Positions 13,798 to 26,200 of a stretch of 64,000 nt of DNA are shown here, piece by piece (position 1 is the first letter of the stretch; the number at the start of each line of letters is the position of its first letter). Source of the stretch: Balanoglossus misakiensis. Lineage: Eukaryota > Animalia > Hemichordata. The stretch spans positions 6,623,625 to 6,687,624 of the forward strand of contig CM082579.2 in the NCBI GenBank assembly GCA_040954595.2, written 5' to 3'. The position numbers were made by a program, and so were the translations under genes. The notes below the pieces were generated by a model, which worked only from the letters and a program-made list of their open reading frames with translations, searched no databases and was not told the DNA's origin.

Positions 13798-16433
13798 ATG
13801 GCGGAAAGTGCCCAAGAACTTCAGGGACCACCTGACCGCCGTATGCCAGGAAGACCAGTAGGTGCATTTCATGAACGTAGTCAACAAGGTGTTGCGAAGG
13901 GATATCAGTGGAACGTATTGAACACTGTTCAGTGCATATGAACGCCATCCACCTAGCTCTGCGTACAGGTGCATGTGTTAGGGGCAACACCATTGTTATC
14001 CTTTAACAACCTAAAAAATCCAGTGATGGAGTTTTATCATCTGATTCGTCATTTCCTCTGTAGGCTCAATATACATACACAGATGCCGAGAGAAAAGCAC
14101 TCAAGGAATGTGCGAATGAAAGTACATGGTATAGAGGTAGGTTGACAGCCTCCTCCAGAACGAATTTCACCTGGGACAGTGTGGACCTTATGACATTGAC
14201 TTGAAAGTTTGTGCCACAAAACATGCAGCCCAGGTGAGACAAAAACACAAAGCAAAACATTAGCACCAAGATGGAGATTGCACAGTGGATTAACCGCAAA
14301 CTCTGTCAAAATGACTGCAATAAATTGTATCTTTCAGCTATACCACTAGGAGGAGCCGGTGCTGGCCTGGCCTATTTTCTTGTGAAACAAGGTGAGGATA
14401 CTTCAACCATAAGGTTTGGCCAATTATATATAGCTGACATAAAAAAAACTGAAACTTGAAAGCCTTCGGTTTTCGTTATGTCAGACTGAAATAGGTGCCT
14501 TGATTACTGACAGACAGAGGAGAGACACTTCTATGCCACTCACAGATTCTGCAACTTTTATTTGTATTGCACATTTACCAGAGACCTGATCATATTTTTC
14601 CTCCTGAATGAGGCCAATCTCGCCTTTGGACAGTCTTGTACCGGTACATGTATGTGATCAACAATTAATGATTTGTGCATTTGTCTATTTCTAATGAATT
14701 GTGCGGCAGGGAAATTGACAGCGTCGGTGAGGTATGGACCATTGCCCAAGATGTGTTGTGAGTATATCCCCAGGTGCTGCACATTTGACAAATTTCCCTG
14801 AGAGACTTTTGATACCGGTAGATGTGTATGATGGAAGCAACCATACAATGTAGACAAAATCTTTAGTCCTGGCCGAAGCACAAGATTTGAATATGACCTT
14901 CTGCAGCAGTTGGCCAAATGCATAGAGACATCCGTAGGAGAATCATGAATGGATGGGAACAGCAAGGACCAAGCAAATTAGCATTATATGTCTTTGGATC
15001 AGTCCTGTTGCTTTACATGTTGTTCTTTTTTTCCCCCGTTTCCATTTAGATGCTGCCTTCTTCGGTTACATGATTGGTAAAATCTCCTACCTGAGTGTCT
15101 GCAGAGCCAAGATATTAGCACTTGAAAATTCTCCGTTGGCAGACGCCATCAGGTCAAAAACAAAGTTCAACACGTAAGTGAACTCAAAGTGGAACAGTCA
15201 TTATGATAAAACCAATTTGCAGCCAGAATTGAAATTTTGGGGCAATGGGTCACTTTGTTTTCTCGCTTCAGGTTTAGACCAGAGCCACAATTGTCAGACG
15301 AGGAGCCAGAATATTCACCCAAGAGCCCTGTGTCGTTTAGGAGCCGAGACATCGGTGATATGCCTATGTCCAGTCCTGATGCATACACAAGTAATGATAT
15401 TGATGTGACAAAAGAAGTAGTGTCCAGGAAAGATGCCGACACAGTGTCGGGTAAGACTGTAATCACTGTACCGTATGCTACTCAAGAAAATGATCATCAT
15501 TTGTCTTGGGTTATTCCTCATACAATCACTCAGGCAAACAGCTGTATGCTGTTACCATCATTAACAGCCTATAAAAATAATATTAATAGTTAGTTCCTAT
15601 ATGACGCACATATCCACAGTTGTGCTCAATGCATTTTACAATTATTATCCTATACTTCTAATTCTGTTCATCTCCTAAGGGGAGCAAACAACAGCTCACA
15701 CCTGCAGTTAAACACACACTATTACACAGTCTCTGTCCTACCAGGTACCCATTACTCCTGGGTGGGGAGAAGCAATGAGTAGTAAAGTGCCTTGCTCATG
15801 GACACAACAGACACCATAGCCATGCCAGGGCCCGAACCCGCGACCCTCCGATCACGAGTCCAACATTCGAGCCACAGGACTATGATGCCTGCACGCGTCT
15901 GTGTGTACAGGGGTGCACAATTTTACCCTGACTGCAAAATCCTTTTCTCTTGCAGCATTTGCCCCGCTGGCTCCTCCGGAAGATGAAACAAAGAAGGCGG
16001 TGACATACAGCGAGCTGCGTCAGAAACACCGCAGTGAACAGAGACACATGACAGCTCCGACGGGATTCGTACCTCCCACCAGTTACAATTCCAGGGCCAG
16101 CCCGCAAACCCCGTCAGAGTCAATATATACTGCAAATGTGGAGCAGAGCCGGCAGAGGCACTTCGGGCAACAGTTTAATCCGGATGCACACTTTGGTAAA
16201 AAAGTGGGAAAAAGTAAGTTTCGTAAGGCACCAGTGAACATTTTTCATGGATACCAGGCGCTATATAAATTCATTATCGGATCTTATTGCGTTGTATCAT
16301 GTGTTCTGGGTTTATTTTTCTGTTGAGATTTTTTGCATGTATCTGTCTATCTATCTGTCTGTATATGTATGAATTGTCAATTGCAGGTCAGACTGTCAAC
16401 CAGTATGGTGATATCATTGACGACGATGAATAG
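13798..16433 (+). CDS. OCIAD1: OCIA domain-containing protein 1 (Asrij-like), 280 aa
   Basis: Exons 13798-13857, 14064-14136, 14338-14391, 14710-14757, 15050-15173, 15272-15450, 15956-16213, 16387-16433 (843 nt, ends TAG). OCIA motifs ERKALKECANESTWYRAIPL, RYGPLPK, GYMIGKISYLSVCRAKILALENSPLADAIR; C-terminal TYSELRQKHR and VNQYGD resemble OCIAD1 TYEELR and NKYGD. Confidence 0.92.
15577..15890 (-). mobile_element. tRNA-derived SINE, antisense in an OCIAD1 intron
   Basis: Minus strand reads tRNA-like head with A-box TAGTCCTGTGG and B-box GGTTCGGGCCC, then GTTGTGTCCATGAGCAAGGCACTTTA and CCCAGGAGTAATGGGTACCTGG (body motifs typical of metazoan SINEs), ending in a LINE-type tail (TGTAAAATGCATTGAGC...CATATAGGAACT...TATT). 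Confidence 0.8.
16223..16277 (+). mobile_element. SINE/LINE (L2/CR1-like) 3' tail fragment
   Basis: GTAAGGCACCAGTGAACATTTTTCATGGATACCAGGCGCTATATAAATTCATTAT resembles the stem-loop plus GCGCTATATAAAT tail of L2-mobilised SINEs. Confidence 0.45.
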
Positions 16434-17387
16434 CGGAGGCAGAACAGACGATGTCTCCTGTGACGGATGATGGATTTAACTTTAAGTTGGACGAACAGAA
16501 TAAAATGTGGGAGATATCACCATGACAAGACTTTCAAGACGTGGAGATAAAAAAGAACATGGACTTCACCAGAAAGTGTATTAGATACAAGACTGTTGAC
16601 ATAAAAAAAAAGAGTTGAGATTAATTGCTCTGGACCATGTGAATGATATATCAGTTGTACAGAACTTGTAAAAATGATTGTAAGCCAAAGCTGGCCGTTT
16701 TTTTTTTTTTTGAGCAGCTGTCAGTTTATCTTAAATGAGCTATTGTGTTGCTGCTGTTTAGCAGTTTTTTTTGGCAACAATGGACATCATTGAAATATTT
16801 TTGAAATGCAAAATAGTGCCTCTGTTCTCTGTTGCATAAAATGGTATATAACTCACAGTGAAGTAAATAAGCAAGTGCTTTGTTTTTGTCAAGAAGGCAG
16901 ATTTCTATCAAATTGTTGTTGCACATCAGTGAGATATGACTGAGGGAATAGACACAAGTGTACTTTATACGGTACACGTGCATTGGAAATTGTCCTGTAT
17001 GTCGCCCTCCCTAGGTGGACTCTGCAGGCCTTTTTTACTGCGAGTATGTAAAATAAATTGTGTGAAATTAAAACTGACAGTGGATTAAGTATCATTGTTT
17101 CCAGTTTTCTTATATTTTCCACTCACACCCCCTGTAACCTAAAGAATCACCGTTTCCCTGTTAAAAAAGTAAGCTAGGGTTGATAATGGTGTGTATTATC
17201 TGTTGGGGGCTGCACTAGGCTGCTGCATGTATAGCAACTGCGAGGACTTGAATCAAGGCCTACAATACAACATCACTCAACATACAGTACGGGTAAGTAA
17301 ACAAGTGGCCATGTAATTCTCTCAGAAGAAATGCAGTACGAGATGGATATCCTCTTGTTGACACACAAACAATTTTTTTTCATGACC

Positions 17388-17393
17388 TTTATT
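17388..17393 (-). terminator. Candidate polyadenylation signal of TRMT9B (implies a ~2.8-kb 3' UTR)
   Basis: AATAAA on the minus strand followed by a GT-rich downstream element (TTGTTTGTGTGTC); inferred, no transcript data. Confidence 0.35.
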
Positions 17394-20217
17394 ATCAATA
17401 AGAATACACACAGCACAACATAAATAAGACTTGTCCAACTCCAGCATGTAAAAAATAGGACAGCACAATCAAAATACTATCTGCACCTGCATTGTGTGTA
17501 AGAATGATTGCACACTTACAATAATCTATAAAATAGTCTTCATTTTCTGCTGATAATTTTAAAAACATCTTAAAACACGCTGACTGATTAGATAAAACCC
17601 TTACTGAACAAATGTTTCATTACGAGTATCAAAACAGCTTCAATATTGCACATCATAGAGTACATGTACTTACAATCAAGGTCAATCTGATATGTGTGTA
17701 TCTCTAAAACTCTTACTGTTCATAGGTTACCCATAACCATTGAAATAAACCTTCATTTCTTTCCACACATAGTTCCACCCTTTTCCATCACCATAAAACA
17801 GATTCATCTACTCCTTTTTGTGGGACAATTCCCAATACTTTGACAAAATTACGCGACAGTCTGTTGTGCTTAGCGTGATAGATGATGGCAAAAGGTGAGT
17901 GATAAGAAGCTATTGTCAGTGTGATGGGGGCATCCTTTCCATCACTTATGCTCTGACAAATGCTGCGCTGTTTGAAATCATGCCTTCGGGAAACCTGTCC
18001 AAGCCACACTGAACATTGGGTAGAATCAAGATTCTGTGAACCATTTCAAACTCTGGGGGAACAAGCTCCCAGAGGTTCAATTCGACTAGCCTGTTTTCTG
18101 CCCGAATGTGACAAATACTCTATCGACTAATAAACACTGAATAACACCAAGTTGCTGCAATGGTGCACGTGATTATGCAGCACACAAAATTCGACTGCGA
18201 CTGATTAAAAAGGACACTCATGTTATAAAAATGCATTGTGGCTATGGAATCGTGGCTACTGTTGTATGGTGGTACAATTTTGTCCTGCCTTGCATTGTAC
18301 ATGATGGAATGGCTCTGACATCACAAAAATATATTTTAATGATCTCCTGTACAAACTACAAAAATGTTTCTTTATTTCAAAATAGACTCTTGTTGTATGT
18401 CGCATCTGCGGACATACATGTATCTATGTTTCCCTATTCTTGCATTTGCTGATTGACACAAGCAAGTACACTCAATGACGAGATTAAAAAGTGCATCTGA
18501 TGTGGAAAAGAGCCACGCTGCCATCAACAGTTCAAAACATCTCTACCTGCCAGTATACATCACTGAGAATTCAAACACGACATACATGTAACACTGGCTA
18601 CGCAATTTGCAGCATAAAAACAGAAATGTGATTATGGTACAGAAGACATTCTTAGAAGTCGGATAACTGGAAGCTGCACAGAAAAAAACACACGGTTACT
18701 ATGGTAACACGTGAACCATGTGCATCCAAGGAAGCCAATCATTTCTCCGGGTGGAATGTTGGATGGAAAACACACCTCGGAAAAGATGAGCTATGAAAAA
18801 ATAAATCACAATCCATTTGGTAGTTAGAGATGGCATGAAGTTAAATTCCACATTTAAAATAGTAATGTCGAATAAATATTTGAATGTAATAGGTTAGCTG
18901 CATTCAACTCCAGTACATTATCTACTAATTAACATAACAATGCTGCTATTGATAAAATAATGAGTTCCTCTGGTGAACAATAAATAGCACAGTTTTTAAT
19001 AAATAAAAAAACACGTAATAATGATGATCACTCCTGTACTGATACAATATTGCACTAGGTCTTATTGTAAACACCTCACCGGGCTGGGAATAGAATGAAA
19101 GATTCTGCCATGTAAATGTAGGCATGCTCTGTATCGTTGATCTCCAGATCCAACAAGGGCACACTGTGGCTCTCAATCTAAGCTCAGCTTGTAATGTAGT
19201 TTTGTGTACTGGATGTCTCACTTTTTTGTCTACTTTTATATTTCAAATGTTCAACACTTTCGTTTAGATTAAATGCCCATAGTTCTACCTTCAGCGATCG
19301 CGTTTCCATGAATACCACTTTGCTTGGAAAACAATGAGTATGATGAATTAGTACAAACAATTACAGCTACCATTCTCGAAGCCACTGCACAACTAGCCCG
19401 AACCGTACATCAAATATGTATCATAAAAATGTGTTGCTGTACAGTATGTGCTTGGGCCAACGCATCAATTCATAATATGGGGGACATGGTGAAACCTAGC
19501 TGACAAATTAACTTGCCTGGAAACTGACTTGTACATGATGTATATGATCAAATTCTTTATCGGTTACATTCAACTTCGGAACAACACACTCTGCTCTTGC
19601 CATTGGATCCTGTGTTGTAATTCTCTTTGGGCATTTCCTAATGCTACCCTACAGACTGATGTGTAGCCCACAGCCTTTCGCCATGATGGAGGGATTGTGC
19701 TTAGCCATATTTCACTGTGATAGTTAATAATGAGTAATGGAAACCCAAGTTCACTTGTAATTGTTATTTGTGGCATCTGGTCAACAGGCAGGAGTCTCTC
19801 GTTACTGGTATTGGAGGTAGAATATTCCACTTGATATCTTTATGTTACTGTAAGTACAATTATCTGTGATATAGGCTGAACTCCGCTATCTTCATGGGCA
19901 TAATGGAGGCTAAAACATGAATGCATCTGCAATCTTTCCAGTACAATAAAAATAATATTTCAGTCATAAAACATCATTTAAAAACATGAAAAATGTTAAA
20001 ATGGTACAAACAAAATTTTAAAAACTTGGAATTCACATTTCAAAACAAGTTAATGATTAATGATCTCTGGTGTGTTTGTATTTCTTTTACTAATTTCTTC
20101 CAGCATATGAAAATGTGATTTCAGATGTTACATTTTGTAAATTATTTTCTGGTCAGCCTTTCTCATTGCAGCCACACGTCTCATTTGTTGCAATCAAACG
20201 TCACCCACTTGTTGCTT

Positions 20218-23200
20218 TCATATCTTCCAAACCTGCACTTTCTCAGCAACCACACACCAGTTGGCGTGGTCGTAGTAACTCTGCAGAACGTACAGGCTCT
20301 CCACCTGTTCCTCGATCAAACTGACGAGCTCGCTTTCCTTGAAGACATGGTAGTAACGCTTGAAGGTGGATGGGTCTTCTGTAGTATCACCTTTGTCTGT
20401 CCGAGATTCGGGACCCAGGGCCGTCTGCTGACTATGAGTTGCCACGGCGCCGACCAATCCCCCCTCCTCTGGTTCCCCGCCGCAGGAGCACAGATCGACT
20501 TCTATGCTGTCGCCCGTCGTCCGCCGGCACTGTCTGGCTGTGGACGTCGTCTTCTTGTCGGAGAAGTTTCCTGAGAGATCGCTTTCGCTGTCCACTGATG
20601 AGGTACTGCAGGCGTCTTCGGAAATGACCAGCGATTTCTTGCTGGCGGTGAAACGTCTGGGTCTGAACGTTTCGCCCTTGGCGACGGCCTGGCTGATCTC
20701 GGCGATCGGAGGGGTGGTTCTCCCCGCTCGAAGTCTCAGTAGCTTCGGAGAGAACTTGCTGCTGAAGTTAAGTAGCCACCCCTCACTCTTGGACTTCTTA
20801 AGAGAGATGCTGTCACTATCGGTCGAGTTGTCCGAGCAATCGGAGCATGCGGCTATCTTTGTGTCACTATTCCTGTGCGGAAGATTCTTGGGGCTTTGCT
20901 CCTTGTTATCACAGCAGAAGCTGTGTTTCTTTATCGCTGTCACTGAGCCATCCCTTCCTTCACATTGACGGTTTTTATGACGACAGCCGCTACAAACATC
21001 TACGTCTTTCAATTTTTCTTTCCTGGTACCATTGCTCAATTTAGTTCTTACTATTTCACACTGCTCTACTGATTTCTCTGCAAGTCCACTCGATGTCATT
21101 TCAGGACTGTTCGTAATAATGGCAAGACCCTTTTCACCAATTTTTCTGTGCTCTGCTTCCACAAGCACCCAGCTGTCGTCCGCGTTTAGTTCAGCTTGAA
21201 GGCTGCTGCCTTCTACACCGTTGCTTTTCTCGCCACTAATGCCGTTGACTAATTTTCTGACTCCACTGATTATCAACTCGCCAACCGAGCTGCGTCTCTC
21301 AACCACAGCAGGATCACCCCCGTCGGTTTTCACTTCACAGACCCTGCCACTTCTGCACGGTTGGCCCGCACTGAAGTGCACTGCGACAACACTTTGGGAA
21401 GCCTCGAAGCTACCGCTGGAATCGGTTATCGAAATTGCACTATCCACGGTACTTTCACTGGCAGTGCTGCACCGAGCACCGAGTCCAGTTTTGCCCAGAC
21501 CGCCGGCGCCTCCCCGAATGTCGACGTTCATATCGCAGAAGCCACTCAGAGCTCCATCTCTTTGGGTAGTCTCGCTGACATCAATGCAGTCTACCGCAGC
21601 TGATTTCTCGTGGTCAGTACCAGGGTCAATGCTAAAATTGGAGCCACTAATGATAATTGCACTTTCAAGGGAAGTTTCGCTGTCAGTGTTTCCGTTGCAT
21701 ACGTTGTCTCTTTCAATGCTGACAACACTACTCCTGCCACTGGTGATCATCACAGTCCCTTCAGCAGCGTCATTAGCCCCGTCTTGGAGGCCGCTCTCCG
21801 CTCCACTTCCTTCGTTAGGCAAACTGCTGTTGCAGTAGCCGTTCGTAATTGCACCTTTTTGAGGATCGTCGCTACAGAGGACATCTTCTTCTCCGGTCGT
21901 CACCACGGCCAATTCACACCCATTCACGACAGAAACGCCACCGCTCTCAGCAGCCTCATTACCGCTCTTCAAAATCACACCACCTCCGCTGAATTCATCA
22001 CAAGTCTGACTGCATCTGTTGGTCGCCATCCGGCCCTTATCGTCCGTCAGCGAGGTCCACCTCGAAGCGGCTGCCATCAGGGACGTTCTCTTCTCCGTCG
22101 GATCCTCATCACACTGCTCGATACTTTGCCTGTATCTGTTCACGAGGAGACCACTGTCTGAAGATGATCTCTGAGCCAGTCCACACTTTTTACAGCGTCC
22201 TGTCTCCAGCTTTGAATGTCTTGAAAGCGAGCCATTTTCTTGCGGGATGGTGTTCTGTCGGCACGGCTTGGCTCTTCTGCTGTTCTTCTCCGACTGCTGA
22301 TCATCATCGCTGGTGGAGCTGCAGTAACTGGCATTCTCTTTCTTCAAGTCTTGCAGACGTTTGGCTGCACAAAACAAATACAAAATGTTACTCTAATGGC
22401 CACTCTGATGATTCTCCAGTGTGTGAGCATAAACAAACAAGCCCTCATATACTGTACAATGGGTTATTTTCGCGATAGGAAATTTTCACTAGAGCTGTAA
22501 GTTATATTTCAGTTACCTTTATGTTTGTGATATCGTGGTTGTAAATGCCATGGTACCAGTACATCTTGAGAATCAAACTGAAAATGAAAATAAAAAGAGC
22601 CATGATTGTTGCAAAATGGAAACATTCAATCAGTATACAGATTTCATTTGTATTTCTTAAATTGTCATAAAAAAAACGGATACCGTAGAAACAGCCCACC
22701 TTTCTTTGTTTCTGCTCCATTGCCCAGACGTACACCATCAGCTTGCCCCCTGGCCGTAGAATCCGCGCCAACTCCTTCAGCGCCTGCGCTCTCCTTTCGA
22801 CCGTGGCGAAGTGGTGGATGACGGCGATGGAGATGACGGCGTCGAAGCAGTTGTCACGGTAGGGAAGCCGTATGTTGTCACAAACCATGACTTCGTGGCC
22901 ATTCCCCCCGGCTATCTCAACCAGTTGATCACAACGGTCGGAGCCGATTTTGAAGACGTTACCGTTGATGGGAAGATACCTGCCATTGCCACAGCCTAAA
23001 GTGAAAGATGAGAAATTGTTTCATAAACCAATGAATGAATGAACAATTTGATGAATTAATACACTGAACACATGCACATAAAGCAAACGTTATTAATCAG
23101 AGTGCTTAATGGCTTCTATCAATAAAATTTCATATTAATGGAACAATATGTAACACAAACATGTAAGTTGGTGAATAATTTGTCACAGTCTAATTTTTCA

Positions 23201-26200
23201 GTGGGCACTATCAAATACCTGAACTGCACACACATTGATTGTAAAAACATAATTACATGTGGAAATTATCATGTGCATATTGATACACAGTAAATAGACT
23301 GAGCTGTGTCTATCCATGCATGCATCTTTGTCTCTAAAGCTGTTTCTCAGACAGGCGTATTATAAGTACATATATGATTAACTACATGTACATATCTCAA
23401 GGCAAAATCAAACATGTAAGTTTTGACACGAGGGCAATAAAGCACAGTGTACGTGGGTCAACACAATCTAACATAGCAAGCCAGAGCCTGTCATACTCTG
23501 ATATACCTTGAAGACATTCTTTTTCCCCAAAGTTGTGACAGATACTTACAAAATGATTACTGTGACCTATATTAAATTCTAACATCGTTATAACTGACAT
23601 CATTATTACCAAAGGGGATTGCACAACCAAGAATGACTGAAGTATTTTTTTGTGTGGGTTGAACTATGGGCTTGGTACAGCAACGAGAATAACATTTGAT
23701 TTGGGTTTGTGCAGTTGGTAATGAATGAAGGCTGAGTAAAATAATCAGCTGAAAGTGGAAAAGCTTCACTAAAAGGATATTGAAAAAGCTCAGAAAATTA
23801 CAAGGGTTGAAATGAGATTGTCAACAAAATGTGAAGTCAATGGATCAACCTGCCCACGATCAATTTAAACGGAAGCAACTGATCAGTTGCCATGAAAAGA
23901 CGTCAAGACCAGTGTTATTAAAATGACTGAATGCTTCTGTTAACCGAGAGTGAAGTAGAGAAAAAACAACTACCCCAATGGAAAATCCATTCAATCGATC
24001 TGCGGGATTTACCTCAGGTGATGTGTGGTCCATAGAACACCCATAATATTGTTCAAAAATATATTACCTACGACTTCCTGGCTCAGCTGGCCTTGTAAAT
24101 GCCTGGGGCACCAGGTTTCCTCTTTATGGGTTTGGGTAAATATGTTTTGCACAGAAGAAGCAACACAGAAAACAAGTCTTTCATAATTCACACCAATTTT
24201 TTTATCCAAATTTGGTTAAAACTTGGATGCTCTTTGCAAATAATTATCTCTTCTGGAAGGTAGGCAGATTTCTACATATGTGCAAATTGATATCTGTTGT
24301 GGCTTCAATTTGAAAAATCCTACATCCCACCTAAGCTTTCTGAAGGTCACAGGATTATATTTTTCTTTCAAACCAACACTTTGGATTTAGGGGTTTTTGA
24401 CAGATTTCAAAAGGACCCATTCAATATGTTCGAGAAAATCCCTACATGGAGGATTTTAAAACCTACATTACTAGTACATTGTGTACACAGTCAATATGCT
24501 GAGCTACATGTATTGCTGCACTCTGTTTAATATCTCCTGGGACACCTCAGTACCCATCCGTGCAAAAGAGAAATGTTCAGTCAATATTTCCACATTAAGC
24601 TTACACAGGGACAGCCAGAATAATGCATGGGTATTACAGTGCAGTGATTTCACAAAGCACTGCTTTAAAAATAAAAGGTTCTGGACGAGAAACCAAATTC
24701 AGGAAATGAGAAAGAAATGCTGTCACCACATTTGACTGTCAGATGAATATATTTAACAGGTACTTCTACACATCTGGAAGTACTTGGGAGAACAGTGATG
24801 ACGGCACTTTTCTCATAATTCAAATTTGTAAATTTATCATAAACTATCACATTTATTTGGGGATACCTCAGTTTCTTGTCCCTGTTACTTTTGTTTTTAC
24901 AAATGCTCTGGATGTGATGTCACCTCTCCTGCATCTTCCCCCCGCCAAGGTCTTTGCTCTCCGAAAATGGGTATGCTAGGGAGACTGATGTAGTTGAGCT
25001 AACGACCCATGTGAGCAGACGATGCCTCTCCCGCAACCAGTGACTGTGACATGTCTCATGTGTGTCCTTAAGCATCTTATAAATAACTGATACCCAAATC
25101 CAACTCCTTTTTGAAACTTATCAACCCATGCAGAGAACTTGTCCACTCTGAATAACAATTACCTGACAGCAGAACCATGTGCTTTATTTCACACTCTTCA
25201 CACACGAGTCAATGCAAGTCAATTTCATGCCGCAACCATGTATGGCTGAATTCAAATTTAAACTGCATGTCTATTTTGAGGTGAGGATTTCCTGTCAGTT
25301 TAAAAATACATGTTGTGGATGACATTTACAGGTGTCAAAAAATAGCACCGACGACGTTTGACATTTCGGAGTCATAACAAAAGCCATACGGTCACACAGG
25401 AAGTTAGTACCCTTCATTTCAATAGTAATCTCATAATGTTGGGTCCTTATCTGCTTTCAAATCAATATTTTTCATAATTTCTTGAAGTGGCGTCATTAGG
25501 TTTGTCTTTTTCCCTTCTCCCACCATGTTAAAATTATTTCTTAATAAACTTACGAGGTGTTGTCGACTTAATGAATTTTAACTACACTGTAGGGACTTGC
25601 TCGTGTTAATATTAATGTTGGAACATGCATACCAGACTAATTTGAAAACCATGTAGATCATATTATTCTACTGCTACAGCAAGTATTTTAAAACTAGAAG
25701 TACATACATGTACCCTTCCCCACCCCATGAGGTTTTGCCATGTTAAACTCAGATCAATCACATCAGTATTATCTGGTAGACAAACAGTAGGATATATATG
25801 CACCTGTATCTTAGGAATTTGCATAAATCAATTTGCAAGTCTTGATGGGAAAGTACACAGGACTCTAATGTAATTCAATGTTATGTATAAGCCATTTGTA
25901 AGCTGATCACTTATGCCTGAAAACTTCAGGTAGCTTGAATGAATGAATATCAAGTGTATGAGCTAGGGTGTCTCTCATGGTTCATTCTGTATTTTGCACA
26001 ACGTCTTGCAATCAAGTTGGACCTCGGGGAGTGCATACAACCAGTGCATTTTCTCTTGACACAGGAAATGGGGAGAAAAGTCTTGTATTGAAATAAAAAA
26101 ATAAGGGTGAGTCAAGAAAATTCCTTGGGGCAGGCAAGTGAAAAAATTCATCTTTGAATGAAAAATAAATTTTACTAAAACTCTGCATTGTCACTTTAAA

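Noticed and set aside
15820-15890. Possible tRNA gene (A and B boxes on the minus strand)
   Set aside because: Imperfect cloverleaf running into SINE body and tail; treated as the SINE head.
20125-22500. Several 100-205 aa plus-strand ORFs
   Set aside because: Antisense shadows of the large GC-richer TRMT9B exon; no recognisable domain.
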